Positions 29,170-40,195 are shown, numbered from the stretch's first letter. The stretch is DNA of 64,000 nt from Spirochaetia bacterium (GCA_965208575.1 CBDBOV010000006.1:928001-992000); one strand, 5' to 3'. Notes: generated by a model not told the origin, from the sequence alone. Made by a program: numbers and translations.

Positions 29170-30102
29170 ATGAGTGACGCCACAGGGATAGCATCACCAG
29201 TAAGTGAGCCAAAGAGACGTGCCGGTCTGGCTGATTTCTTTATCAGGCTGTGGAGGGAGAAGCCGATGGGTACTGCCGGCGGGATTATCGTATTGCTCTT
29301 GATTCTGGCGGCTATCTTCGCCGATGTTCTGGCTCCTTATCCATATGATGAAATACACATGGCAGACAGGCTGACTGGCTCATCAGCCCGGTATCTGCTG
29401 GGTACCGACCAGTTGGGGCGAGACTTCTTGAGCCGCATTCTCTTCGGGGCTCGTATTTCGATAGTCGTCGGTCTGGCCGCGACCACTCTCAATGTTGTGG
29501 TCGCTACCCTGATAGGCGGCATTTCAGGATTCCTTGGTGGTAAATTGGACTTGGCTGTGCAGAGATTTGTCGATGCCTGGATGGCTTTCCCGGGACTGCT
29601 CCTGTTGTTAACCATAATGTCCCTGGTGGGGCGGGGTTTGCCACAGATGATAATGGTTCTGGGGATATCAGGAGGCATCGGTGGTTCAAGGGTAGTCAGA
29701 AGCGCCGTTATCGGTGTCAAAGAGAATGACTATTTTCAGGCCGCGGAGTCGATTGGTTCTTCAAAAAGGAGAACATTTATCCGACATGTCCTACCAAATA
29801 TCATGGCTCCAGCAATCATCATATTCAGCATCAACATCGGGGGAGTGATTATGTCTGAGGCTTCCTTAAGCTTCCTCGGATTCGGTCTGCCAGTCGAGTT
29901 TCCTAGCTGGGGAGGTATGCTCAGCAGAGAAGGGCGTGGGTACATGGAGATGGCGCCATGGCTGGCTCTCTGGCCCGGTCTTTGCCTGACTGTTGTCGTT
30001 TACTGTCTCAACATGTTCGGCGACGCGGTGCGGGACCTGCTCGACCCGAGGCTGCGCGGCGGTGGCGGGCGGCTGGGTGCCGATGCCGCCAGCGCGATTT
30101 GA
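29170..30102 (+). CDS. ABC permease DppC-like
   Basis: Family motifs. Confidence 0.95.
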   Translation: MSDATGIASPVSEPKRRAGLADFFIRLWREKPMGTAGGIIVLLLILAAIFADVLAPYPYDEIHMADRLTGSSARYLLGTDQLGRDFLSRILFGARISIVVGLAATTLNVVVATLIGGISGFLGGKLDLAVQRFVDAWMAFPGLLLLLTIMSLVGRGLPQMIMVLGISGGIGGSRVVRSAVIGVKENDYFQAAESIGSSKRRTFIRHVLPNIMAPAIIIFSINIGGVIMSEASLSFLGFGLPVEFPSWGGMLSREGRGYMEMAPWLALWPGLCLTVVVYCLNMFGDAVRDLLDPRLRGGGGRLGADAASAI

Positions 30103-31153
30103 GAGAGCGCGCCTGCGTCGGCCCAGGTGGCTGCGCGCCCGGGCGATCGATCACTTGGCGCCGGCCCCCTTCGGCTTCGCCACCCGCTGCGTGCGCGGCC
30201 GACCGGCAACCCGCGGTATCACACCGGATGCACGGTGACCCCCACCCGTGGCAGCCTCCCTGCCGCCACAGCTGGCATGTAGCTCCCGGCCCGCGACAGG
30301 GACGTCGTGGGCCGGGAGCCTGTTGGCTACTCCGGAGGCGCGCCCGGAACGCGGCCGACCAGGTCGACAAGCGCCGCGCTCGGTACGGGCGTGACGTGGC
30401 CGGTCAGCTCGAAGCAGCGCCTGGCATCGTAGTGTCGGCGCATCATCGGGCAGCGCAGACCGAGTCGGCGGAGTGTACAGGTACCTCATCACACGACTGA
30501 CGCGTCGTCCGTTCGTGGGCCCCGTCCGACGCGGTCCGCCGCGCGCACAGACACAGGCGTTCCCGCGCCATGGAAGGCGCGGGCGAATTGGGCGCGTCCG
30601 GAGTCACGTGCACCATCACGCTCACCAGCGCCGAGTCAGGGAACCCGGTGACCGAACCGGTCAGTCTGAAAGTAGCGACTGGCATCGCAGGGTCTGTGCA
30701 TCATCGTAGCGAAGGTCGGAGGCCACCACCCGGCAGTAGCCGGCGGCTGGGAGTCCACGCCACACGAGCCGTGGACCCGCTCCCCCACCGACCGTCGGCA
30801 GGCCGCTCGGGGAACAACACCACTGACCTCGGGGTGAGTCCGGCGGGGAAGCCGGGCACCAGGTATACTCGGCAATCCGCTGCGCATCTGACGCGGTCCC
30901 CCGCGCGTACACGACAGGCGCACCGCGCCAAGGATGGCGAGCGTGCGGCTGCCCTGTGCACAACTTGGGGCGCGGCGTCCGGAGTCCGCGACGATTCAGC
31001 CCAGCGGCCGCCGGGCCCTCGGGGAATCGCCACGGCTCCTGCCAATGTGCCCACGCCTCTCGTCGGTCGCTTCGCACGAAACCGTTGCCGAAGCGGCGCG
31101 CCCAGGGATCTTCCGCACCAGAACCTGAGAGGCTGTTGCCTGATAACGCGAAT

Positions 31154-31600
31154 CTAACCGTGGTCGCCGGTGGGCACAAACGGCGCCAACCGATGCTTGA
31201 TACGGAACTTCCTTGGATCTCCGATGATGGCGTAGTGCCGGGAGTAGTCTTCCTCCAATCGCCGGTTCCGAGTCTTCGTGAAGCGCAGAGTCGTGTATGG
31301 TCCCGCAGTGCGTCGACGATACTGTCGTACCGCGGGACCGAGCTGGAGGTCGTGACCATGCATGCGAAGAATCCGGAGAATCCTTCCGGCCTTTGCGAGA
31401 TTGCAGTTGATCACTCTCTCGAGATAGGAGACTCGACCCAGGTGCCAAGCCCGGACCTTCTTCTCTTCCAGCAGGCCCATGCGGACGAACACGTCCACTG
31501 GGGCAACCTCATCTTGTTCTGTGAGGATCTCTCGTACCGCCTCGACGATCCGTGGATAGTACCGATCCTTCCTGTAGTTCTGGAGCGTTATCTCCTTCAC
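31154..31600 (-). CDS. Hypothetical basic protein (148 aa)
   Basis: GGGAGA RBS + GTG; natural composition; WxxGRVxYLERVIxCNL segment; no confident family. Confidence 0.7.
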   Translation of the reverse strand: MKEITLQNYRKDRYYPRIVEAVREILTEQDEVAPVDVFVRMGLLEEKKVRAWHLGRVSYLERVINCNLAKAGRILRILRMHGHDLQLGPAVRQYRRRTAGPYTTLRFTKTRNRRLEEDYSRHYAIIGDPRKFRIKHRLAPFVPTGDHG

Positions 31601-31824
31601 CGTTCTCCCGATTTGTCTGCTGCGCCGTTGCGTTGGCCGACCGGAGGTGGACCGATTCGGGTCTCGTCAAACTCCACGCGTGCCGGGATTGGGTAGTCGA
31701 CTGTACGACGCAGTTACTGAAGCTGTCGAACAGGCGGAGACCTTCCCGGAGTCTGGTCGGCGGCGTCGACGGGATGTCCGCCAGATCCCTTTGGACCGAG
31801 CTCGAGCAGAGCGGAGCCCGGCGG

Positions 31825-32160
31825 CGATGGCGAAGCCGAAGGAGGCCGGCGCCAGGTGATCGATCGCCAGGGCGCGCAGCCACCTGGGCCGACGCAGGCG
31901 CGCTCTCTCAAATCGCCCTGGCGGCATCGGCACCGAGACGTCCGCCACCACCCCGTAGCCGCGGGTCGAGCAGGTCCCTCACCGCGTCACCGAACATGTT
32001 CAGACTGTACACGACAATCGTCTGGCACAGGCCCGGCCACAGCGCCAGCCACGGCGCCTGCTGCATGTACTCGCGCCCTTCCCGGCTGAGCATGGCACCC
32101 CAGCTGGGAACGCCCACTGGCAGACCGAATCCGAGTAAGCTCAGAGACGCCTCGGCTACC
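31825..32160 (-). pseudogene. Inverted dppC 3' fragment plus downstream repeat
   Basis: AEASLSLLGFG..GDAVRDLLDPRLRGGGGRLGADAARAI; inverted copy of ~29860-30180. Confidence 0.85.
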
Positions 32161-32460
32161 CTGTGCACAGCGGCTGTGCTCTGGACAGCTTGGGGCGCGT
32201 CCGGAGTCACCACCCATCACGCTCACCAGCGACGGGTCATGCAACACCGTGGCACGGTGACGGGGGCTACCATTGTGCTGATGTCGCGGGCGCGCCGCTG
32301 AGTTCCGTTGGTCTTGATGGTCACGACTGGATAGCACACAACTACTCCGTTTGCTCGAGGCATGCAAGGGGTTGGGCGGTTGGGCCGCGCGCCCTGTGCG
32401 AGGCGCCACGCCCTGGCGGACTTGATCGACCAGATCGGGTCGGATATGGTCCGGATCAGA

Positions 32461-33513
32461 ATGGCACCAGTACAGAAGGGCGGCACCGTCGCAGTTACCG
32501 GCGCTGCCGGCTTCATCGGCGGCTGGGTGGTGCGGCGGCTGCTGGACAAGGGGTACCGCGTGCGCGCCTGCGTGCGCGACGCCGATGACTCGACTCGCAC
32601 TACGTTCCTGCGACAGATGCCCGGCTACGCGTCGGGCCGACTCTCAATCCACAGCGCCGACTTGGACCAGCCTGGCTGTTTCGACCAGGCCTTCGCCGGC
32701 TGCTACGGCGTGTGTCACGTGTCGCACGTCAGCAAGTACGACGACATGGACTACGTCCGGATGGTGTGCGATCACACCATCGCCAGCATCGACAAGTCCG
32801 GGAGCGTTGGCCGGGTGATTGTCACCTCCAGCCTGGCCGCCGTGTCGGCCGAGGTGGACCGGCGGGAGCTGGCGCCGCGTCCGGTACTTTACGAGGACCG
32901 CTACCCGAACGAGCAGCAACCCGACTGGACGGCCAAGCGCGCCGGCTACGCGATGGGCAAGCTCATCGCCGAGCGCTCGTTCGCCCAGGCCGCCGAGCGC
33001 AGCGGCAGTTGGGAGTCGATCGCGTGCCTGCCCGCCGACAACGTCGGCCCGATACAGTCCGCGCACCAGAAGGACATGGGGCCGTGGCAGCACCGTATCG
33101 AGATGATGCTGTTGGGTGAGTATCCGCAGACCGAGGATTATCGGCCGTGGATGCCGGTCGACGTGCGCGACACCGCCGACTGCCACATCGGCCTGCTCGA
33201 GAGCGTGCAGGTGCGCAGCGGCGAGCGTTACCTGGCGTGGGCAGCCGAGATGCACAAGGTGGAAGCGATCGACCGCCGAATCGGCGAGCTGCTGCCGGAG
33301 CTGGGGCGCACCGAAGCTTCGGTCGCCGACAAACAGTCTGAGGAAACGAAGGCGCGGGAGGCGGAGCTGCGAGCGATCTGGGCCGGCTGCGACCTGCGCA
33401 ACGACCGCGTTCGCGCCGTCACCGGCGTCGAGTTTCGGCCGTTCGATGAGTCGCTGCGCGACTGCGTCGAGTCGCTGCTGGCGGTTGCGAACGTGCAGCC
33501 GCGGCGGGCGTAA
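32461..33513 (+). CDS. NAD-dependent epimerase/dehydratase (dihydroflavonol-reductase-like)
   Basis: VTGAAGFIG, TSS, YAMGK, VDVRD. Confidence 0.85.
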   Translation: MAPVQKGGTVAVTGAAGFIGGWVVRRLLDKGYRVRACVRDADDSTRTTFLRQMPGYASGRLSIHSADLDQPGCFDQAFAGCYGVCHVSHVSKYDDMDYVRMVCDHTIASIDKSGSVGRVIVTSSLAAVSAEVDRRELAPRPVLYEDRYPNEQQPDWTAKRAGYAMGKLIAERSFAQAAERSGSWESIACLPADNVGPIQSAHQKDMGPWQHRIEMMLLGEYPQTEDYRPWMPVDVRDTADCHIGLLESVQVRSGERYLAWAAEMHKVEAIDRRIGELLPELGRTEASVADKQSEETKAREAELRAIWAGCDLRNDRVRAVTGVEFRPFDESLRDCVESLLAVANVQPRRA

Positions 33514-33701
33514 CCCGAGCGCGAGACAGGACGACCGTTACACTGACTCTGCTACGCCTCATCACGTGCTGGTCAACCTGAGCGCACCGCTAGAGTGACG
33601 GTTGGCCGGTGGTGCCGGCGCGGATCGTGGTGGCGTGAGTGGTAGCGCTGCCACGTCGTGCCGGCGCTTCATCGGCCGCGGCTGGCGAGCGACAAATGGA
33701 A

Positions 33702-35249
33702 TTACAACATTCCTAGCTCCGGTGGTGTCCATTGCGTGTCCAAATCCAACGGCCAAACCGGTCGAGGGAGCCCTTTCCAGGAGAAGCGTGCCAGCACTGG
33801 CGACGTCAACCCCGCCGCATCGACTTCGAGAATCTGCTCGTGGCGATAATACTCATCAAAACCGGCACGAAAATGGCCACGAGATTTGATTGTCAAGGAA
33901 CGGAAACATCCGATGTCCAGAGAAAAACTCTCGAAAAAAGCAGGATCGGCACACTGCACCCGACGAGAACAGACAATCATGGTCAATCCTCCGCAGCGCA
34001 CCAACGCTGCACGGCCAAGTTTCGCTGTGCGTCCCCGATAAATCCCTCGTCTCCCAACAATGTTGCCATCGGACAGCCCCAGCACCTCTATTTCAGCCGG
34101 AACGGCTCGTCCCTGAGTGTCCGCGTTGGTTGCATTGAAAACGACCGGCAATCGTGCTCCGACCCCCGCCTCGTGGCAACGGGCGGCGACAACAGGGTCA
34201 ACGAAATTCCCGTACAGTGCATGTTGCACATTGGCCGCCAACAAACCTTCCAGAATATCCGTGGTGTTGCCGCGGCCTCCCCCACCTGGATTGTCAGCCA
34301 CATCGGCCAGACAAACCGTTGGCCCTCCAGGGCTCTGTCCGGCCTCTACTGCCCGCCGGATCGCTTCCTCAAGAGGAGTCAGGTGGAAACGAAAACGTTC
34401 CCGATCCGCCCACGCCATTTCTGCCAGTTTCAGGGCTAACTGTTTCGGTTTGCGGCCGGAACCATAGGTCAGGATGGTCAAGCAATTCTCCGGAGTATCG
34501 CCAAAAGCAAAACCGCCGACTACTGAAACCAACGGCAACTCCGGGCTGATCCAGCGTTGGCCTTCTGCAATCATATCCGCATAAGCGCCGTGAGCGGTGA
34601 GCAGCGTCACTGACGGAGGAGTGATCGGCATTCGAATCCAGGTTTTCTCCAGTCTTTCTCCGGAGAGCAACCGGCGCAGCAAATGAGCAGCTTCGGCAGC
34701 CCGCTCTCTTGCATCGACATGCGGATTGGTCCGGTAGGAAATTATCGCATCCACACTATGCACCATCCGCTCCGAGATGTTGGCGTGCAGATCGACTGTG
34801 GCGATCACCGGTTTGTTCATGCCCACAGCGTCACGGGCCAGCGCGTAAATTTCCCCATCTGGATCCGTTCCTCCGGTCGCTGTCATGGCCCCGTGATTGC
34901 TCACAAAAATCCCATCTAATGGCCCTGCCTCAGTCAGCATTGCCCGCATCCGAGCCATGCATTCATCCACAAAAGATTGCTCTGCCGGTCCTCCAGGTTC
35001 TGCACCAGCGATCACAATCGGCACTGGCTCCCAGGCACCGGCAGCGCTCATCGCTTCGATAAAGCCAGGAATTTCCGCAGGCATTGCCGGTGCCGATTTG
35101 GCTGCCTCTACCAATATTGCTTTGCCCTCCAGATAACCAAAATCCTTTTCTGTGGTCACCGGCGCGAAGGCGTTGCTCTCCAGATGCATCCCCAGCATCG
35201 CAATCCGGGGTTTCTCAACACTCATAAGCTCTGCGCTGACTGTCGTCAT
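33702..35249 (-). CDS. M81 family metallopeptidase (MlrC-like)
   Basis: ESNAF, HGAM, DLHAN, YRTNPHVD, DNPGGG, KSRGHFRAGF. Confidence 0.9.
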   Translation of the reverse strand: MTTVSAELMSVEKPRIAMLGMHLESNAFAPVTTEKDFGYLEGKAILVEAAKSAPAMPAEIPGFIEAMSAAGAWEPVPIVIAGAEPGGPAEQSFVDECMARMRAMLTEAGPLDGIFVSNHGAMTATGGTDPDGEIYALARDAVGMNKPVIATVDLHANISERMVHSVDAIISYRTNPHVDARERAAEAAHLLRRLLSGERLEKTWIRMPITPPSVTLLTAHGAYADMIAEGQRWISPELPLVSVVGGFAFGDTPENCLTILTYGSGRKPKQLALKLAEMAWADRERFRFHLTPLEEAIRRAVEAGQSPGGPTVCLADVADNPGGGGRGNTTDILEGLLAANVQHALYGNFVDPVVAARCHEAGVGARLPVVFNATNADTQGRAVPAEIEVLGLSDGNIVGRRGIYRGRTAKLGRAALVRCGGLTMIVCSRRVQCADPAFFESFSLDIGCFRSLTIKSRGHFRAGFDEYYRHEQILEVDAAGLTSPVLARFSWKGLPRPVWPLDLDTQWTPPELGML

Positions 35250-35580
35250 GTCCCTCCATCACCGATCCGTCGAACCTAAGCGAGACACGCTATCATAGGA
35301 GGCCGCGCCGCGCGCCCCCTCGTGCTGATCAGTCACGACCCCGCTGCACCTTACACAGCCCGGCGCTGGTTGACCTGGTCGGACGCGTTCCGGGCGCGCC
35401 TCTGGAGTTGCCAACGGCGCATGCACACCCGTGGCGGCAGGGAGGCTGCCGCGGGTGGAGGTCACCGGGCATCCGGCGTGACATTGCGGGGCTCCGGGTC
35501 GGCGCCGTGAACTTCGTTCGCGCACACTCGCGGGTCCACGGGGTCCACGGGGTCCACGGGAGAAAGGCCGGAGTCCGCGC

Positions 35581-35840
35581 TTGACATGGTCAGGCGAGCC
35601 TGTGACGATAGGGAGTTCGGGGATTGAACGGATGCCGACGAAGCGCCATGATGACAGCCAGCGCAGGGGCCGGTTGGCGGTGACGCGACCGGTGAATCAT
35701 CCCCCCCCCCCTTACCTTACGAGCCGAGCAACAACTAACCGCCCCGGCTGATCGCTCCGTACGCGACCCCGCGCACGCCGTCGCCTTCACCACCGCCGTA
35801 GCTATCGCTATCGGTGGCGCCGGCTCGGTCCATCGCCGAA
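35581..35840 (+). repeat. Promoter unit (TTGACA 35581), C11 tract and conserved mid-leader
   Basis: Homology to 18854-19090 and 23062-23320. Confidence 0.7.
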
Positions 35841-35928
35841 CCGGCATGCGGACCGCCCGCGCCCTTCCCGCCGACCGCAACCGTCCCGGATCGCCGCCCG
35901 CGACTGTCTACCGACGAGATCCACCGCG

Positions 35929-36060
35929 AAGGCGGTTCAACATGGTACTCAAAGAGCCGTAGGCGCGCGCGGCGTGAGCCGGGGCGAACCCGGATGAGTC
36001 ACACGCCGCGCGCTCTCAGGAACTTGACTCGGACTGGTCGCCCGCGTTGCGGGCGCGAAT
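35929..36060 (+). promoter_or_regulatory. Type-A SBP leader, copy 5, degenerate (MVLKEP*; second hairpin deleted)
   Basis: SD AGGCGG; codon 7 TAG; GAGAGTA..TACTCTC block absent. Confidence 0.75.
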
Positions 36061-36083
36061 AGAGATCGACACAGGAGCTATGT

Positions 36084-37904
36084 ATGCAGATTGTACAATT
36101 CACAAGGACCTTCGCGGTTGCGTTGGTCCTGATTCTGACCGCAACCGGCCTCTGGGCCGCTGCCGCAGAAGAGGAGCAGGCAGCCGCTGCCGACAAGAAG
36201 TACGTGACCGACCCCACCACCGGCAAGGTGGTGGTGGCGCCGCAGTATGGCGGGACATTGACCTTCGTCATGAAGGTGGAGCCTCCGAGTGCTGACCCCG
36301 CGTTCGGCGCTGGGTCGTCAAGGGGCGCCGATGGTGTTGCAGAGAAGCTAGGCATCATGAACTGGGGACTAGATAGGGACGAATGGGACTTCACAAGTTT
36401 CTCCTTCCCTTTCTCTGTCTATAAAGGTCACCTGGCGGAAAGCTGGGAAATGCCCGACGACACAACCATCATCTTCCACATCCGCCAGGGCGTTCACTGG
36501 CATGATAAGGCACCGATGAACGGTCGGGAGCTAGATGCATACGACGTCGAATACAACTATCACCGCTATTTGGGTCTGGGCAGCGGCTTCACCGAACCGC
36601 CTGAAGGCTACGCTGGCTCACTCAAAGGCATGACAATATTCGAATCGGTAGAAGCCACCGACAAATGGACGGTTGTTGTTAAGCTGAAGCGGCCACAGGT
36701 CGCGGGGTCGGTGACTCAGACTACCATCGGCGACTGGCCTGTTTTTATGATGCCCCCTGAGGTAATCAAGGAACACGGCCACGTTAAGGATTGGAGGAAT
36801 CTGGTCGGCACCGGGCCCTATATGCTGACTGACTGGCTCGACGGCAGCTCTATGACCTGGGAAAAGAATCCTGACTACTGGGGCTTCGACGAAAAATATC
36901 CGGACAACCGCCTACCCTATATTGACCAGTTAAGGGGCCTGATTATGACAGAAGCCGCAACAATTCTGGCGACACTGCGCACGGGTAAGGCTGATTACGT
37001 AGGTCTCGCTGGCGCCGCTGAATCCGTCTATATCAAGGACCGAGAAAGCCTCAGCCGGACCAACCCCGAAATCGAATGGTACCCGTGGGCGTATAGGTCG
37101 GAAAGTTCTTTTGGTTTCAACATGGGCGGAGGCGAGGCGAGACCGCCCTTTGACGACGTCAGGGTGCGCCAGGCAATGCAGATGGCACTGGACCTTGAGA
37201 CGATTAACAATACCTTCTTTAGGGGTTTTGCCAAGTGGCAGCCTCGGGGCATGATAGGGGATGGCGTCAAAGGGTATAACACCCCATTTGAAGAGTGGCC
37301 CGAAGAGGTCAAGAAAGCCTATATGTATGACCCGGAAGGGGCAGAGGCGTTGCTTGATGAGGCTGGCTATCCGCGTGGCCCGGACGGCACGAGATTTAAG
37401 GTCGCCCTGGGACACTACGAGTTCTTCAGTTTAGACTATACACAATTAGCTGCCGCCTACTGGGCTGACATTGGCGTTCATGTCGACACTACCGTAAGGG
37501 ACCGAAGTGCTCATATTGCTGCTGAACGTGAACATACTTACGGAGATATGGTCACTGCGATTGCTGGCAACGACCCTTATGGCCCTCTCCTCCCGCTTGA
37601 ATGGTATTACTCAGGAGGCTACAGGAACCCCGCGAATCTCAACGATCCCGAATACGACCTCCTGTATGAAGCAGCCCGAGACGCTACCACCCTTGAGGAG
37701 CAGCAGAGGGCGGTTAAAGAGGCGGATATGTGGCTTATAAAGAACCACTTGTATGTATGGGGTCCTATAGATCCAAGGTTTGTCGCCATCCAGCCGTGGC
37801 TCATAGGCTATAACGGTGAATTAATGTTAGGACGGGATGACCGTAAGGCCTTGTTCGCCCGGCTCTGGATTGATAGTGCGCTGAAGAGAGAAATGGGCTT
37901 CTGA
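36084..37904 (+). CDS. ABC substrate-binding protein, family 5
   Basis: Family motifs. Confidence 0.95.
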   Translation: MQIVQFTRTFAVALVLILTATGLWAAAAEEEQAAAADKKYVTDPTTGKVVVAPQYGGTLTFVMKVEPPSADPAFGAGSSRGADGVAEKLGIMNWGLDRDEWDFTSFSFPFSVYKGHLAESWEMPDDTTIIFHIRQGVHWHDKAPMNGRELDAYDVEYNYHRYLGLGSGFTEPPEGYAGSLKGMTIFESVEATDKWTVVVKLKRPQVAGSVTQTTIGDWPVFMMPPEVIKEHGHVKDWRNLVGTGPYMLTDWLDGSSMTWEKNPDYWGFDEKYPDNRLPYIDQLRGLIMTEAATILATLRTGKADYVGLAGAAESVYIKDRESLSRTNPEIEWYPWAYRSESSFGFNMGGGEARPPFDDVRVRQAMQMALDLETINNTFFRGFAKWQPRGMIGDGVKGYNTPFEEWPEEVKKAYMYDPEGAEALLDEAGYPRGPDGTRFKVALGHYEFFSLDYTQLAAAYWADIGVHVDTTVRDRSAHIAAEREHTYGDMVTAIAGNDPYGPLLPLEWYYSGGYRNPANLNDPEYDLLYEAARDATTLEEQQRAVKEADMWLIKNHLYVWGPIDPRFVAIQPWLIGYNGELMLGRDDRKALFARLWIDSALKREMGF

Positions 37905-38012
37905 GCCAACGGCTTCGCCGTCGGCTCAAGGAGTCGCTGCGGGACTCCACCCTTGGGCGCCGGGAGCGCCGCTTCCGAGCACCGCTTCCCGGCGCCCGTT
38001 TACCACGAAGAT

Positions 38013-39008
38013 ATGCGGGCCTACATCATCCGGCGGTTACTGCTGATCGTCCCGACCCTGTTCATCTTGAGTATCCTGGTCTTTCTCTCGGTGCGCTTCA
38101 TCCCCGGCGATGTAATAGACACAATCGTGGCTAAGACCGAATTCTTTGGTGCGGTAGACCGTGAAGCTCTCGTCCGTATGCTGGGATTAGACGTGCCTGT
38201 CTACGTGCAGTATGGACGCTGGATAGGAGTGTTGCCGACCCCTGACTGGGTTATCGGTGAGTCCCACTTTAACGGTCTCCTCCAGGGTACCCTTGGCAAC
38301 TCACTGCTTGCCGGCTGGACGGTAGAGGAGAAGATATTAGGTAGATTGCCGGTAACCATTGAGCTTGGCATATTGTCGATCGTGATCGGGCTAGTGATAG
38401 CCCTGCCGGTCGGCATCTACTCGGCGATTCGCCAGGATACGGCCGCCGACTACGCGGGGCGCTCCATCGCCGTCATCGGCCTGGCAACGCCTAACTTCTG
38501 GCTCGCACTTATGGTCATGATATACCCGGCAATCTGGTGGGGCTGGGCACCGCCGGTGGAGCTGATTTCTTTCACGGAAGACCCGCTGGGGAATCTCGGG
38601 GTGTTCATCATTCCCAGCCTGATTCTGGGGACGGCCTCGTCTGCAGCCACCATGCGGATGATGCGCACCATGATGCTGGAGGTGCTCAGGCAAGACTATA
38701 TCAGGACGGCCTGGTCCAAGGGTCTCAAGGAGAGGGTGGTTGTTATGAGACACGCCATCAAAAATGCCCTCATCCCGGTCGTGTCCCTGATCGGCCTGCA
38801 GTTGCCTATCCTGATAGGCGGCGCCGTTATCATAGAGAACATATTCAACCTGCCGGGGCTAGGTCGTCTCATGGTGACTGCACTCGTTGACAGAGACTAC
38901 CCGGTGGTCTCCGGAATAAATCTGTTTTTCGCCACCGCGGTCGTGGGGATCAATCTAATGATCGACATGATCTATCCTTATTTAGACCCCAGGGTCCGCT
39001 ATACATAA
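38013..39008 (+). CDS. ABC permease DppB-like
   Basis: MRAYIIRR start at 38013; family motifs. Confidence 0.95.
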   Translation: MRAYIIRRLLLIVPTLFILSILVFLSVRFIPGDVIDTIVAKTEFFGAVDREALVRMLGLDVPVYVQYGRWIGVLPTPDWVIGESHFNGLLQGTLGNSLLAGWTVEEKILGRLPVTIELGILSIVIGLVIALPVGIYSAIRQDTAADYAGRSIAVIGLATPNFWLALMVMIYPAIWWGWAPPVELISFTEDPLGNLGVFIIPSLILGTASSAATMRMMRTMMLEVLRQDYIRTAWSKGLKERVVVMRHAIKNALIPVVSLIGLQLPILIGGAVIIENIFNLPGLGRLMVTALVDRDYPVVSGINLFFATAVVGINLMIDMIYPYLDPRVRYT

Positions 39009-39025
39009 GGGGGGAAAACGGGAAC

Positions 39026-39958
39026 ATGAGCGACGCCATAGGGACGCCATCAGCAGTAAGTCAACCAAAGAGACGTAGCCGGATGGCTGATTTCTTTGTC
39101 AGGCTGGCTACGGAGAAGCCACTCGGTACTATCAGCGGGATTATCGTATTGCTATTGATTCTGGTGACGATCTTCGCCGATGTTCTGGCTCCTTACTCCT
39201 ATGATGAAGTGCACCTGGCAGACATACTGAAAGCTCCATCAGCCCAGTATCTGCTGGGTACCGACGGGTTGGGGCGAGACCTCTTGAGCCGCCTTAGCTA
39301 CGGGGCTCGAATTTCGTTAACCGTCGGTCTGGCGGCGACCGCGCTCAATGTCGTGGTGGCTGTCCTGATAGGCGGCACTTCGGGGTTCCTGGGTGGTAAA
39401 TTCGACCTGATTGTGCAGAGATTTGTCGATGCCTGGATGGCTTTCCCGGGACTGCTCCTGTTGTTGACCATCATGTCTATCGTGGGCCCGGGGCTCCTCC
39501 AGATCATCGTGGTGCTGGGGATCGCCGGAGGCGTTGGGGGCTCCAGAGTCATCCGCAGCGCCGTAATTGGGGTCAAAGAGAATGCGTATTTTCAGGCCGC
39601 GGAGGCGATTGGCAGTCTCAAGCTGGGAATACTGGTCCGCCATGTCCTTCCCAACATCATGGCGCCGATCATCATCATCTTCAGCATCAACATCGGCGGC
39701 GTCATCATCGCCGAGGCGTCGTTGAGCTTTCTCGGATTCGGACTACCGCCGAACGTTCCTAGCTGGGGTGGTATGCTCAGCCGGGAAGGCCGCCACTACA
39801 TGGAGCAGGCGCCTTGGCTGGCTCTCTGGCCCGGTCTCTGCCTGACGCTGACCGTCTACAGTCTGAACATGTTCGGCGACGCGGTGAGGGACCTGCTCGA
39901 CCCGCGGCTGCGCGGTGGTGGAGGGCGTCTCGGTGCCGATGCCGCCAGGTCGGTTTAG
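39026..39958 (+). CDS. ABC permease DppC-like
   Basis: Family motifs. Confidence 0.95.
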   Translation: MSDAIGTPSAVSQPKRRSRMADFFVRLATEKPLGTISGIIVLLLILVTIFADVLAPYSYDEVHLADILKAPSAQYLLGTDGLGRDLLSRLSYGARISLTVGLAATALNVVVAVLIGGTSGFLGGKFDLIVQRFVDAWMAFPGLLLLLTIMSIVGPGLLQIIVVLGIAGGVGGSRVIRSAVIGVKENAYFQAAEAIGSLKLGILVRHVLPNIMAPIIIIFSINIGGVIIAEASLSFLGFGLPPNVPSWGGMLSREGRHYMEQAPWLALWPGLCLTLTVYSLNMFGDAVRDLLDPRLRGGGGRLGADAARSV

Positions 39959-40099
39959 GAGAGCCATCATGCGGCTCCCCACCCGGTGTCACGCCCGAGG
40001 AACGGTGACCTCCTCCCGTGCATGTAGCCCCCAGACCGCGACAGGCCGTCGTGGGCTGGGAGCCCGTTGGCAACTCCGGAGGCGCGCCCGGAACGCGGC

Positions 40100-40195
40100 C
40101 GACCAGGTGGACATGATCGTCAGCAACAGCAGCAACCCCGGGAACGACATCCAGGCATCGACGAATCTCTGCACCAGGAGGTCCAGTTTCCCGAT
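40100..40195 (-). pseudogene. Short internal dppC fragment
   Basis: GKLDLLVQRFVDAWMSFPGLLLLLTIMS. Confidence 0.8.

Noticed and set aside
35532-35558. 3 x 9-bp GGGTCCACG repeat upstream of promoter unit
   Set aside because: Single occurrence; most simply local slippage
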